In this document: in pieces, positions 32,727-41,921 of the stretch
Layout: each line of letters opens with the position of its first letter
Numbering within the stretch: the first letter of the stretch is position 1
NCBI GenBank assembly: GCA_049799615.1
Contig: JBARIF010000065.1
Coordinates: forward strand, 1 to 45,270
Length of the DNA stretch: 45,270 bases
From: Terriglobales bacterium
Lineage (GTDB): Bacteria; Acidobacteriota; Terriglobia; Terriglobales; Acidobacteriaceae
Reading direction: 5' to 3'
The notes under the pieces: model-generated
What the model was told of the DNA's origin: nothing
Database searches by the model: none
Seen by the model: only the letters and a program-made list of their open reading frames with translations
Made by a program: the position numbers and the translations under genes

Positions 32727-35393
32727 ATGGACGCGACTGAAGCGGTGCGAGAGCGAGTTCAGATCCCGATTGTCACAGATGGCCTCAGCGAAGAACGGAT
32801 CGCCTACCTGGAGAAACTAGTCAGCCAAGCCAGAACCGCCGCCGCCGTCTTTACCCAATTCACGCAAGAAGACGTCGATGGCATCGTGAAGCCGATGGTC
32901 CTGGCCGGGCTGGAACAAGCTCATCATCTCGCCTGCATGGCGGTTGAAGAAACCAAGCTCGGAGTCATGGAAGACAAAGTCCTTAAGAACATGGTGGCGA
33001 CCGAGTTTGCCTACGACTACATCAAGGACAAGCGCACCGTCGGCATCATTCGCGAGATTCCAGAACGCAATCTAGTGGAGATGGCAGAGCCGATCGGGGT
33101 CATCTTCTCGCTCACGCCGATTACCAATCCCACTTCCACGGTGCTCTTCAAATGCATCATGGCCATCAAGACGCGGAACGCGGTCATTTTCAGTCCCCAC
33201 CCCAGCGCCTGGCGCTGCTGCTCGGAAGCCGTACGAATCATGTACGAAGCTGCAATCAAGCACGGCGCGCCGGAAGGAGTTTTTAGCTGCCTGGAATCGC
33301 ACACGCTGCAGGACAACGCCTACCTGATGCGGCACAAAGACGTGGGCCTGATTGATGCGACCGGCGGGCCGGGTGCGGTCAAAGCTGCTTACAGCTCAGG
33401 CAAGCCAGCGCTCGGCGTGGGAGCAGGGAACACGCCGGTTTACCTGGAGAAAACGGCGGACCTCAGTACGGCCGTGGTGGACATCATTGTGTCAAAGACC
33501 TTCGACAACGGAACCATTTGTGCCTCCGAGCAGACCGTGGTGATTGACGATGAGATTTATGACCCGGTGTTGAAGAAATTTGCCGACCTGGGCACACACA
33601 TCTGCAACGAGAAGGAGGCGGAACAGCTGGGACGGACAGTCATCGATCCCAAGACCGGGTTCATGCAAGGCATGGCGGTCGGGCAGAAGGCCACAGACAT
33701 CGCCCGTTTTGCCGGTATATCGGTAAAGCCGAACACCAAGCTGCTGATTGCGCCTATTCAGGGCGTAGGCCGTGAATATCCCCTGTCGGCCGAGACGCTA
33801 TTTCCGGTGCTCGCCGTCTATCGAGCGAAATCCGTCGATGAGGCGCTCAAGGTGTGCGTGGACGTGAATCATGCCGGCGGGCTGGGACATACGGCTGTGA
33901 TTTTCTCGCGCAACGATGAGGTCATCCGCAAGTTCGGTGAGGTGATGAACGCGGGCCGGATCATAGTGAATTCGCCGGGTTCGGTCGGAGCGTTGGGCGG
34001 GGTTTACAACGACCTGGTGCCCACCTTCAGTTTCGGATGCGGGACCGGCGGCGGCAACAGCACAACCGATAACACAAATATCTATCACTACCTCAACATC
34101 AAGCGCGTGGCGCGGAGGACGCAGGCCCACATGTGGTTCCGGGTCCCCAACCAGATTTACTTCAACATGAACGCGGTGGAGAACGTGAAGGATTTCCCGT
34201 CGCGCTGCACCATCATTATTACGAACCCGGCTTTGGAGAAGTTCGGCCATGTGGATATCGTTCGGCGCTATCTCTCACCGCAAACCCACGTCCATGTCTC
34301 GGTCATTCCGGATGCCGAGCCGGAAGTCAAGGTAGTGATGCAGGGAGTGGATGCGCTCAACTTCTACAAGGCGGATCAGATCATCGCGCTAGGCGGCGGG
34401 TCTGTGATTGATGCAGCCAAGATCATGAAGCTCAAGTACGAGTCTCCGGAAGCCGACCTGGAAGAGCTGGCGGCGCCTTTTCTGGATCTGCGCAAACGCG
34501 TGGTCGAGTATCCGACCGAGAAAATCAATCGGGTGCGGCTGGTGGCCATCCCCACCACCAGCGGAACCGGGAGCGAAGTCACTCCGTTTGCCGTCCTGAC
34601 CGACAAAGAGCGCAGGCGCAAAGTGACCCTGGCCGATTACTCGCTGACTCCGGATGTGGCCATCGTTGATCCCCAGTTTGTGCTGTCGATGCCGAAGGGC
34701 CTGACCGCGGATACCGGCATCGACTGCCTGACCCATGCGCTGGAGGCCGCCGTTTCCAGCTACGCTTCGGCCTATACCGACTGCAACGCCATGCAGGCAA
34801 TTCGGATGGTGTTCAAGTACCTGCCCATCGCGTACGAGCATCCTCGCGACGAAGAGGCGCGCAGCATGATGCACAACGCGGCCTGCATTGCAGCGATGGC
34901 GTTTTCCAACGCCTCGGTGGGGGTGAATCATGCTCTGGCGCACGCCTTCGGGGCGCGCTTCGGAGTGGCGCACGGCCGGGCCAACGCGCTCATGCTGCCG
35001 CACGTCATTGCCTATAACGCGGCTGTACCCACCAAGTTTGTGCCATCGCCCTACCAGAAGGGGCATGTCGCACACAACAAATACGCGACCATCGCCGACC
35101 TGCTGGCTCTGGGTGGTCACACGGTTGAGGAAAAGGTGAAGAACCTGATCAGCGCCGTAGAACAGTTACTCGATCAATTGGAATTCCCCCGGTCGATCGC
35201 CGAACTGGGGATTTCGAGGGAAGAATTTGAGCGGGCGATGCCTGAACTGACCAAGCTTGCCTTTGATGATCCATCCGGGCGGTCGAACCCTCGTATGCCT
35301 CTGATGAGCGAATTGGCCGATCTGTTTTGGAGCGCCTATCACGGCCGAGGCCTGGCCGAGGGGGCCAAGAAGTCTCAGCGACGAAGCGCGTAG
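32727..35393 (+). CDS. adhE: Bifunctional acetaldehyde-CoA/alcohol dehydrogenase AdhE
   Basis: The N-terminal part is an acylating ALDH domain (TNPTSTVLFKCIMAIKTRNAVIFSPHP, FDNGTICASEQ). The C-terminal part is an Fe-ADH domain (GGGSVIDAAK, TSGTGSEVTPFAV, HALAHAFG). GAGGAGGG precedes the ATG at 32727. Confidence 0.92.
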   Translation: MDATEAVRERVQIPIVTDGLSEERIAYLEKLVSQARTAAAVFTQFTQEDVDGIVKPMVLAGLEQAHHLACMAVEETKLGVMEDKVLKNMVATEFAYDYIKDKRTVGIIREIPERNLVEMAEPIGVIFSLTPITNPTSTVLFKCIMAIKTRNAVIFSPHPSAWRCCSEAVRIMYEAAIKHGAPEGVFSCLESHTLQDNAYLMRHKDVGLIDATGGPGAVKAAYSSGKPALGVGAGNTPVYLEKTADLSTAVVDIIVSKTFDNGTICASEQTVVIDDEIYDPVLKKFADLGTHICNEKEAEQLGRTVIDPKTGFMQGMAVGQKATDIARFAGISVKPNTKLLIAPIQGVGREYPLSAETLFPVLAVYRAKSVDEALKVCVDVNHAGGLGHTAVIFSRNDEVIRKFGEVMNAGRIIVNSPGSVGALGGVYNDLVPTFSFGCGTGGGNSTTDNTNIYHYLNIKRVARRTQAHMWFRVPNQIYFNMNAVENVKDFPSRCTIIITNPALEKFGHVDIVRRYLSPQTHVHVSVIPDAEPEVKVVMQGVDALNFYKADQIIALGGGSVIDAAKIMKLKYESPEADLEELAAPFLDLRKRVVEYPTEKINRVRLVAIPTTSGTGSEVTPFAVLTDKERRRKVTLADYSLTPDVAIVDPQFVLSMPKGLTADTGIDCLTHALEAAVSSYASAYTDCNAMQAIRMVFKYLPIAYEHPRDEEARSMMHNAACIAAMAFSNASVGVNHALAHAFGARFGVAHGRANALMLPHVIAYNAAVPTKFVPSPYQKGHVAHNKYATIADLLALGGHTVEEKVKNLISAVEQLLDQLEFPRSIAELGISREEFERAMPELTKLAFDDPSGRSNPRMPLMSELADLFWSAYHGRGLAEGAKKSQRRSA

Positions 35394-35402
35394 CGAACAG
35401 GA

Positions 35403-35684
35403 GTGGTTATGGCAATGATCGCCGTGTGGCTGAAGGTTGATGAAGAACGCGTTGTCCAGGCCTTGCAGGAGGCAGGTGAGACGCTGGACAGTGCCGGTGG
35501 CGAAGTGCTTTTGGATTTCTCATCTGTGCGCAAGATCGTACCCCGTGGGCTCAGAGTAATGGAAGAGTTCGCGGGGATGGCCGACAACAAAGGGGTGAAA
35601 GTGGTACTGCGTGGCGTCAACGTCGATGTCTACAGGGTATTCAAACTGGTGAAGCTGGCGTCGCGATTCTCTTTCGTGAGTTGA
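35403..35684 (+). CDS. Small STAS-domain protein (anti-sigma-antagonist/MlaB-like), lacks the phosphorylatable Ser motif
   Basis: A 93-aa ORF 9 nt after adhE. EVLLDFSSVRKIVPRGLRVMEEF...VVLRGVNVDVYRVFKLVKL follows the STAS pattern, but the position equivalent to DSSG reads VPRG. The start is GTG at 35403 or ATG at 35409. Confidence 0.6.
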   Translation: MVMAMIAVWLKVDEERVVQALQEAGETLDSAGGEVLLDFSSVRKIVPRGLRVMEEFAGMADNKGVKVVLRGVNVDVYRVFKLVKLASRFSFVS

Positions 35685-35722
35685 GATGAGCGATGGTTCG
35701 GCAACCGAGCAGGAGAGCTGAC

Positions 35723-37315
35723 ATGGAGAATCATAAGAACGGAGAACGTCTTTCCTGGGGTGACAGCGTTTTCCTGAATCTAGAACGCGAAGGTATGCCC
35801 CTCAATGTGGGCAGTGTCAGCTTGCTGGAAGGCAAGATCCCGTTCCAGGCTTATCTCCGGTTCGTCGAGTCCAAGCTGCCTCTGATTCCTCGCTACCTCA
35901 AGCGTGTAGTGAGCGCGCCTTTGAATATAGGGCTTCCCATCTGGGACTACGATCCTGAGTTCGACCTGCGCAACCATGTACGCGAGGTGACGCTCAAGAA
36001 CGGTAGCGACAGGGAACTGAAGGCGCTCGCGGGAAAACTTTTCAGCAAGGTGATGGACCGGCGACATCCCCTGTGGGACCTGACCCTGGTGCAAGGGCTG
36101 AAAGGCGATCGCACCGGTCTCATTTTCCGCATGCACCACTGCCTGGCCGATGGCATTGCCGGAGTGGGGCTTATGAACGTGCTCATGGATGCGAGTCCGG
36201 CGACTCCGCCCTTGCCCAGGAAAAAGCTGCGTGTTCCGCCGCCTCGTGACGCAGCGACGGCGCTAGTGGAAGGGTTGGCAGGGTCCTACTCCGATTTCAT
36301 CAATCGAATTCTCTCGGCATGGTCAGGAGCGTTGAACATGGCTGAAGGGACAATGGCGAACGGCGGAAACCTGGTCGCGGAAGAACTCTCCCGGCTGCTG
36401 CCAGAACTCACCACGACCACCGAGCGCCTGCGCTTTAATGTGATCTACCGCGGGCCACAGAAGTTCGCCTGGGCGGAAATTCCGCTGGCGGACGTGAAGG
36501 CCATACGGCACGCATTCGGAACCAGCGTCAATGATGTGCTCCTGGCTTTGGTGACGGCGACCATTCGACGCTACTCGGAACACCACGGCGATCGGGTGAA
36601 GGGGCGCCTGATTCGCATCATGGTTCCGGTGAATCTGCGCGGCAGCGATAATTCCGAGAATTCAGGAAACCACATTTCGCTGGTTCCAGTGACTCTGCCT
36701 CTGGACATTCGCTCTCCAAAAAGACTGCTGGCAGCGGTCCATAAGAAGACGGAGTTTCTCAAGCGCGCCCATGCCGCCGAGTTGGTCAGTTTGGTCGGCG
36801 GGTTGATCGGCGTCTTTCCCGGTCCGATGCAGGCGCTGGCCGGACCGATGATAAGCCAGGTGCCGTTTACACCCTTCAACATGGTGTGTACGAGTGTGCC
36901 CGGGCCGCAATTCCCTCTCTATCTGCTGGGCCACAAGATGCTGCGGTGGTATCCCTACGTCCCGATTGGAGGCGAGTTGGCGGTCAACTGCGCCATCCTG
37001 AGCTATGACGGGATGGTTTATTTCGGCTTCAGCGGAGACGTGCATGCAGCGCCGGATCTGTGGCGTTTGGAAAAATTCGTGAAACAGAGTTTTGTTGAGC
37101 TGCGCGACGCTGCCAGACCCCCGGCGCCACGAAAGAAAGCGGAGCGGAAAAGACCGGCAGCGACGAAGAAGCCGGTGTCGAAACCGGCAGGGCCGGCCGC
37201 AACCACGGTTGGTGCACCGATTCCGCTTACGGCGGTTCGCTCTTCATTGGAATCAACAGCAGCACCGGAAGAAACGGATGCAAAGGAGAACGCTCGGGCC
37301 CAACTAATCGCATAG
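35723..37315 (+). CDS. WS/DGAT-family wax ester synthase/acyl-CoA:diacylglycerol acyltransferase with basic P/A/K tail
   Basis: The catalytic HHCLADGIAG (HHxxxDG) is present, together with an N-terminal WGDSVFLNLE and a C-terminal NCAILSYDGMVYFGF. AGGAGA precedes the ATG at 35723. Confidence 0.88.
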   Translation: MENHKNGERLSWGDSVFLNLEREGMPLNVGSVSLLEGKIPFQAYLRFVESKLPLIPRYLKRVVSAPLNIGLPIWDYDPEFDLRNHVREVTLKNGSDRELKALAGKLFSKVMDRRHPLWDLTLVQGLKGDRTGLIFRMHHCLADGIAGVGLMNVLMDASPATPPLPRKKLRVPPPRDAATALVEGLAGSYSDFINRILSAWSGALNMAEGTMANGGNLVAEELSRLLPELTTTTERLRFNVIYRGPQKFAWAEIPLADVKAIRHAFGTSVNDVLLALVTATIRRYSEHHGDRVKGRLIRIMVPVNLRGSDNSENSGNHISLVPVTLPLDIRSPKRLLAAVHKKTEFLKRAHAAELVSLVGGLIGVFPGPMQALAGPMISQVPFTPFNMVCTSVPGPQFPLYLLGHKMLRWYPYVPIGGELAVNCAILSYDGMVYFGFSGDVHAAPDLWRLEKFVKQSFVELRDAARPPAPRKKAERKRPAATKKPVSKPAGPAATTVGAPIPLTAVRSSLESTAAPEETDAKENARAQLIA

Positions 37316-37338
37316 AGATTTGCTCAGGAGTGTAGGTC

Positions 37339-39486
37339 ATGGAAGGAATTCAGCTGGCGGCCCAAGTAACCCCCTGGTTGGCGTCGGGGCGGACGTTGTT
37401 CCTGATCATTCATCTACTGGGCATCACAAGTTTTGCCTATATCGTGGCCAGGCGCCTGGTGCCACTTCTGCGAGCCGAGCGTGATTTTCGCTTCGACCAG
37501 CCCCTGGCCCGGTTGGGCAAGCTGCTGAAGTTCGGTCTGGCACAGTGGAAGCATCCCCGTTACCGCACCGCCGGCATCATTCATATTTTCATTTTCGCGG
37601 GATTTATTTGCCTGGTGCTGCGCGCTTTTTATGTGCTGATTGTCGGTGTTTCCGAGAATTTTGTGATACCGGGCCTGACGGGTGAAGCCGGGCATATCTA
37701 CAACATCATCACCGACTACGCTGCGACCGTCGTGTTCCTGTGCATGGTGATCGCAATCGTGCGCCGGCTGGTGTTCAAGCCAGCACGCTATGCCGTGCCG
37801 GAAAAATTCGGCAAGTCCCACACCGCCGACGCCATCTTCCTGCTGGCGCTGATTGCAATCCTGATGGTGGCGGACAGCCTGTTCTCGGCGGCGAGAGCAG
37901 CCGGCCTGGTACAGCAAGGTCAAAGTGTTGAATTGCTGGCCGCCTGGTCACTGCCGTGGATGCTTCAGAGCCTTCTCGGTTCAAGTTCCTTGTCTGCACT
38001 CAAGGAGTTCTACTTCGGCGCCTATCTTCTCCATGAGGTGACCTTCTATTTCCTGCTGTGCTATCGCCCCTTTGGAATTCAGTTTCACGTGGAAACCTCC
38101 CTGTTCAATCTCTACTTCGCGAAATTGGGCCGGGGTACGGTAAAGCCGGTGAAACACGGGGTCAGCGACGAACATCTCGACCAGGTGAAGTCGTTCGGAG
38201 TGAAGACGTTCGAAGACTTCACCTGGAAGCACATGCTGGACTTCTATTCCTGCGCGGATTGCGGCCGCTGCTCGGATAACTGCCCGGCCAATGCCGTGGG
38301 AAGGCCGTTGTCGCCAAGGTTTATCACCATCAAGGCACGAGACTACGCTTTCCAGCATTACCCGATGTTCGGCCAACCGGACAATCACAAAGCGCTGGTT
38401 GGCGGCATCTATTCAGAAGACGAGATCTGGTCCTGCACCACCTGCGGCGCTTGCGAAGAAGAGTGCCCGCTGCTGGTGGAGTACATCGACAAGATTGTTG
38501 ATCTGCGCCGAGGCATGATCGATGACGGAAACGTGCCTCAGTCCCTGCAGAAGCCTCTGAAAGCGCTGGAGAGTCGCGGCAACCCGTACGGCAAGATGGA
38601 AAAGAAAAGAGCCGACTGGGCCAACGTCAAGGACTTCCGGCAGGCCTGCCCGGTGAAGACCCTAGATGGGAAGACCACAGGCGACACGCTGTATTTCGTT
38701 GACAGCATAACTTCCTACGATGACCGGATCCAGTCCATTGGGCGCGCTACCGCAAAGATCCTCGACCATGTGGGTGAGGATTTCGGAATCCTGGGTGCCG
38801 CGGAAAAAGATAGCGGGCATGAAGTCCGCCGCTTCGGCGAAGAGACGCTGTTCATGGCTCTGCGCGACCACAACGCGGAGGCCATCAAAGCCGCCGGAGT
38901 AAAGCGAATCGTCACTGCCGACCCGCACACCTACAACGCCTTGAAGCATGACTACAAAGACATGCCGCCGGTCGAGCACATCAGTCAGGTGATCGCCAGC
39001 GAGGTGAAGTCCGGCAAGATCAAGTTTAATGCCGTGGAAAACGGCAACAACGTTTACACCTACCACGATCCCTGCTACCTGGGGCGGCACAACCAGGTTT
39101 ACGACGACCCGCGCGATGTGCTGGATGCCATTCCAGGTCTCAAGCGGGTCGAGATGAGCCGTTCGCGGGACCGCTCCTTCTGCTGCGGCGGGGGCGGACT
39201 GATGTTGTTCTACGAGCCCAAAGAAGAACAGCGAATGGGTGTGAAGCGAGTCCAGATGGCTGCCGAGGCCGGGGCGAATGTGATCGTGACAGCGTGTCCC
39301 TTTTGCATGGTGAATATAGAAGATGCGATCAAGGTTGCAGGCCTGGAAGGAAAGATGACCGCCATCGATTTGGCGGAGCTGGCGGAGAAACAAATAGCGC
39401 GGCAAGTGGTACCTGAAGCAGCGACTGAAGAGGTTTCTTGTCATGAAGCGGCCCGCCAGGTGCCGGTGGCGGGAATGGAGGCTTGA
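37339..39486 (+). CDS. Membrane-bound Fe-S oxidoreductase (HdrD/DsrK/GlpC-like, ETF-associated)
   Basis: About 6 N-terminal TM helices precede two CxxCxxCxxxCP ferredoxin motifs (CADCGRCSDNCP, CTTCGACEEECP). Two CCG-type Cys-rich regions are also present (HDPCYLGRHN, FCCGGGG...ACPFC). Confidence 0.85.
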   Translation: MEGIQLAAQVTPWLASGRTLFLIIHLLGITSFAYIVARRLVPLLRAERDFRFDQPLARLGKLLKFGLAQWKHPRYRTAGIIHIFIFAGFICLVLRAFYVLIVGVSENFVIPGLTGEAGHIYNIITDYAATVVFLCMVIAIVRRLVFKPARYAVPEKFGKSHTADAIFLLALIAILMVADSLFSAARAAGLVQQGQSVELLAAWSLPWMLQSLLGSSSLSALKEFYFGAYLLHEVTFYFLLCYRPFGIQFHVETSLFNLYFAKLGRGTVKPVKHGVSDEHLDQVKSFGVKTFEDFTWKHMLDFYSCADCGRCSDNCPANAVGRPLSPRFITIKARDYAFQHYPMFGQPDNHKALVGGIYSEDEIWSCTTCGACEEECPLLVEYIDKIVDLRRGMIDDGNVPQSLQKPLKALESRGNPYGKMEKKRADWANVKDFRQACPVKTLDGKTTGDTLYFVDSITSYDDRIQSIGRATAKILDHVGEDFGILGAAEKDSGHEVRRFGEETLFMALRDHNAEAIKAAGVKRIVTADPHTYNALKHDYKDMPPVEHISQVIASEVKSGKIKFNAVENGNNVYTYHDPCYLGRHNQVYDDPRDVLDAIPGLKRVEMSRSRDRSFCCGGGGLMLFYEPKEEQRMGVKRVQMAAEAGANVIVTACPFCMVNIEDAIKVAGLEGKMTAIDLAELAEKQIARQVVPEAATEEVSCHEAARQVPVAGMEA

Positions 39487-39490
39487 GATC

Positions 39491-40132
39491 ATGAAAATCG
39501 AATTCGAAGTGTGGTTTTCTCGAAAGGCGTCGAAGGAACTTAGATCACTCAGGCCTGTCTTCGAGCAGTTGAGCAAAGTTCACGAAGACTATACCAACGC
39601 TGAACCCGGCCCTGACTTTTCTTTCTGGTACTCGGAAAGGCCTCAGATAGGCCTGCTGTCGGCAGCAGTTTGGCTACGCGGCAAAACCGCATTGGAAGAA
39701 TACGCAGCCCCGAAAGAAAATGGAAAGAAGCGATGCCGAGGTGACCTCTACATACGGACGGGCAAGAATACAACCTTCGAGTGTGAGGCGAAGCACCTCA
39801 CTCTAAATCTCGGAAAGTCCACTGCGGAATTAGTAAGAAACGCTGAGAAGCACGTGGATAAGGCCGCGAAAGAAGCAATCCTCCTGACAGAGGCACGTCA
39901 CTACCTCGGACTTTGTTTTCTAACCCCCTGGGGTAGTGAGTCAACACCAGATCGCGACCGGCGCTGTCTTCAAGTGATTGACAGGTTGAAGCCGACAAAC
40001 ATCCGCTCTCATTGCGACGCACTGGTGTGGATTCATGGACGAACACCAGTGCATAGAAAGAACAAGAAGAAGCTCTATCCGGGCTTACTTCTAGCGGTCA
40101 AGGAAGCAACAAAAGCTAAGGCGGCGAGGTAG
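39491..40132 (+). CDS. Hypothetical protein, lower GC than neighbours; possible PD-(D/E)XK nuclease-like motif
   Basis: A 213-aa ORF wedged 4 nt after the Fe-S oxidoreductase stop and 2 nt before the etfB ATG. The motif is GD85LYIRTGKNTTFECE99AK101. Two 120-nt samples I counted gave about 48-49% GC, against about 56% for a comparable etfB sample. Confidence 0.6.
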   Translation: MKIEFEVWFSRKASKELRSLRPVFEQLSKVHEDYTNAEPGPDFSFWYSERPQIGLLSAAVWLRGKTALEEYAAPKENGKKRCRGDLYIRTGKNTTFECEAKHLTLNLGKSTAELVRNAEKHVDKAAKEAILLTEARHYLGLCFLTPWGSESTPDRDRRCLQVIDRLKPTNIRSHCDALVWIHGRTPVHRKNKKKLYPGLLLAVKEATKAKAAR

Positions 40133-40134
40133 AT

Positions 40135-40926
40135 ATGGAAATTCTAGTTTGCGCAAGAAGAGTGCCTGACACTTCGGAAAACGAGATCACGCTCAACAAC
40201 GCAGGGAACGATATCGAGCGCGATGAGTTGGTCTATTCCGTGAACGAACCGGACAACTACGCAGTGGAAGAAGCCCTGCAGATTGCGGCCAGAGTGGGTG
40301 GAAACGTCACGGTGGTCACGGTTGGCGGCGAAGACGACGAAGAAATCCTTCGCCGGGAGATGGCCATGGGGGCGCACCACGGCGTGCTGATTACCGACGA
40401 GGCCTTCAGCGGATCGGATGGCCTGGGCATCGCCACCATCCTCAAAGCCTATGTTCAGAAAGGCAACTACGACCTGATCCTGACCGGAGTGCAGGCCGAG
40501 GACGGCGGCGCGCAGGTCGGCGGGATGCTGGCCGCGATGCTCGACTACCCGTTCGCTTCACTGGTGAATTCGATCGAAGTCTTGGAAGGCCGGAAGCTCA
40601 AGATCAGCCGGGAAATCGCAGGGGGCGACAAGGAGATGAACGAAATTGATCTCCCCTGCGTGCTTTCCATCCAGACCGGCATTAATGAGCCGCGTTATGT
40701 CGGCATGCGAGGCATCCGGGCGGTCGCCTCTGTGCCCATCCCAACTTACGGCGTGTCTGATCTAGCGATTGACCCGAGCGCGGTGGGCGAAGCTGCGGCG
40801 AAAGTAAGGCGGGTGGACTACTTCCTGCCCCCGCTGGGCAAGGGGGCCGAGATGCTTGAAGGCAGCCGGGAAGAAATCATCGACCGGTTGGTTGACCTGG
40901 TGGCAGCCAAAGGAGGGTTGAAGTAA
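40135..40926 (+). CDS. etfB: Electron transfer flavoprotein beta subunit
   Basis: MEILVCARRVPD..., VVTVGG and DLILTGVQAEDGGAQVGGMLAAMLDYPF are typical EtfB signatures. Confidence 0.9.
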   Translation: MEILVCARRVPDTSENEITLNNAGNDIERDELVYSVNEPDNYAVEEALQIAARVGGNVTVVTVGGEDDEEILRREMAMGAHHGVLITDEAFSGSDGLGIATILKAYVQKGNYDLILTGVQAEDGGAQVGGMLAAMLDYPFASLVNSIEVLEGRKLKISREIAGGDKEMNEIDLPCVLSIQTGINEPRYVGMRGIRAVASVPIPTYGVSDLAIDPSAVGEAAAKVRRVDYFLPPLGKGAEMLEGSREEIIDRLVDLVAAKGGLK

Positions 40927-41921
40927 TGGCTCGAATATTCGCTTACATCGCACACAAAGGTGGCGTAGCCGATGATTCGGCAGCCGAGTTGGCCGCTGCG
41001 GCGAAAAAGATCGATGCCACCGCTGCGCCGACCGCCGTGGTCACGGGTTGGGGCGCGGAACTCGATTCCGTTTGCAGCGCCCTCCGCGGTTCCTATGCCG
41101 AGGTATGGAAGATTGCCAATGAGTCGCTGGCATATCCGAATGCGGAACTGGTACGGAAAGCGCTGGTCAAGGTCTTGCCGGCAGGCAGCTTGGTGCTGGT
41201 TGCCCACGAGCATTTCGGAATCGATCTGGCCCCCGGCCTCTCCATCAAGCTGAAGGCAGCTTTTGTGTCAGACGTGCTGGAGATCGAAGGGGAGAAAGAC
41301 GCCCAGCTCAAAGTCGTCCGCCAGGAGTTTGGCGGGCAGGTGAGCGCTCATGTCCGGTGTGATATTTCATCGGGCGCAGTGGTCACCCTACGTCCGGGTG
41401 CATTCAAGCCGCTGGATGGTACTCCGGCTGCCGGATCGGTGATCGACAAATCGGCCGATGCGAGCGTGCTGACAGCGTCGCGGCGCTATCTGCAGACGGT
41501 AGTTGCCGAGTCCGGTGATGTCGATATCACCAAGCACAATGTTCTGGTTTCGATCGGCCGCGGCATCCAGGAAAAAGACAACGTCGCGATGGCGCAGGAA
41601 CTCGCCGACGCTCTGGGCGGGGCACTGAGCTGCTCGCGACCGGTGGTTGACGCCAAGTGGCTGGATAAATCGCGCCAGGTCGGCTCGTCGGGAAAGACTG
41701 TCAAGCCCAAGGTCTATCTGGCGTGCGGGATCAGCGGCGCCTTCCAGCATTTGGTCGGCATAAAGGGCAATCCATTTATCGTCGCGATTAACAAGAACCC
41801 GAAAGCCCCGATCTTCCAAGTGGCGGATGTCGGGATTGTCGACGACCTCCTGGAGTTCTTGCCCGAGTTGACGAACAAGGTCCGTGAAATTCATAACGTT
41901 TCGGCAAAGAGGACGGCATGA
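40926..41921 (+). CDS. etfA: Electron transfer flavoprotein alpha subunit
   Basis: TAATG start/stop overlap with etfB. The C-terminal FAD-binding region is VLVSIGRGI...[42 protein letters not shown]...[17 protein letters not shown]. Confidence 0.9.
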   Translation: MARIFAYIAHKGGVADDSAAELAAAAKKIDATAAPTAVVTGWGAELDSVCSALRGSYAEVWKIANESLAYPNAELVRKALVKVLPAGSLVLVAHEHFGIDLAPGLSIKLKAAFVSDVLEIEGEKDAQLKVVRQEFGGQVSAHVRCDISSGAVVTLRPGAFKPLDGTPAAGSVIDKSADASVLTASRRYLQTVVAESGDVDITKHNVLVSIGRGIQEKDNVAMAQELADALGGALSCSRPVVDAKWLDKSRQVGSSGKTVKPKVYLACGISGAFQHLVGIKGNPFIVAINKNPKAPIFQVADVGIVDDLLEFLPELTNKVREIHNVSAKRTA

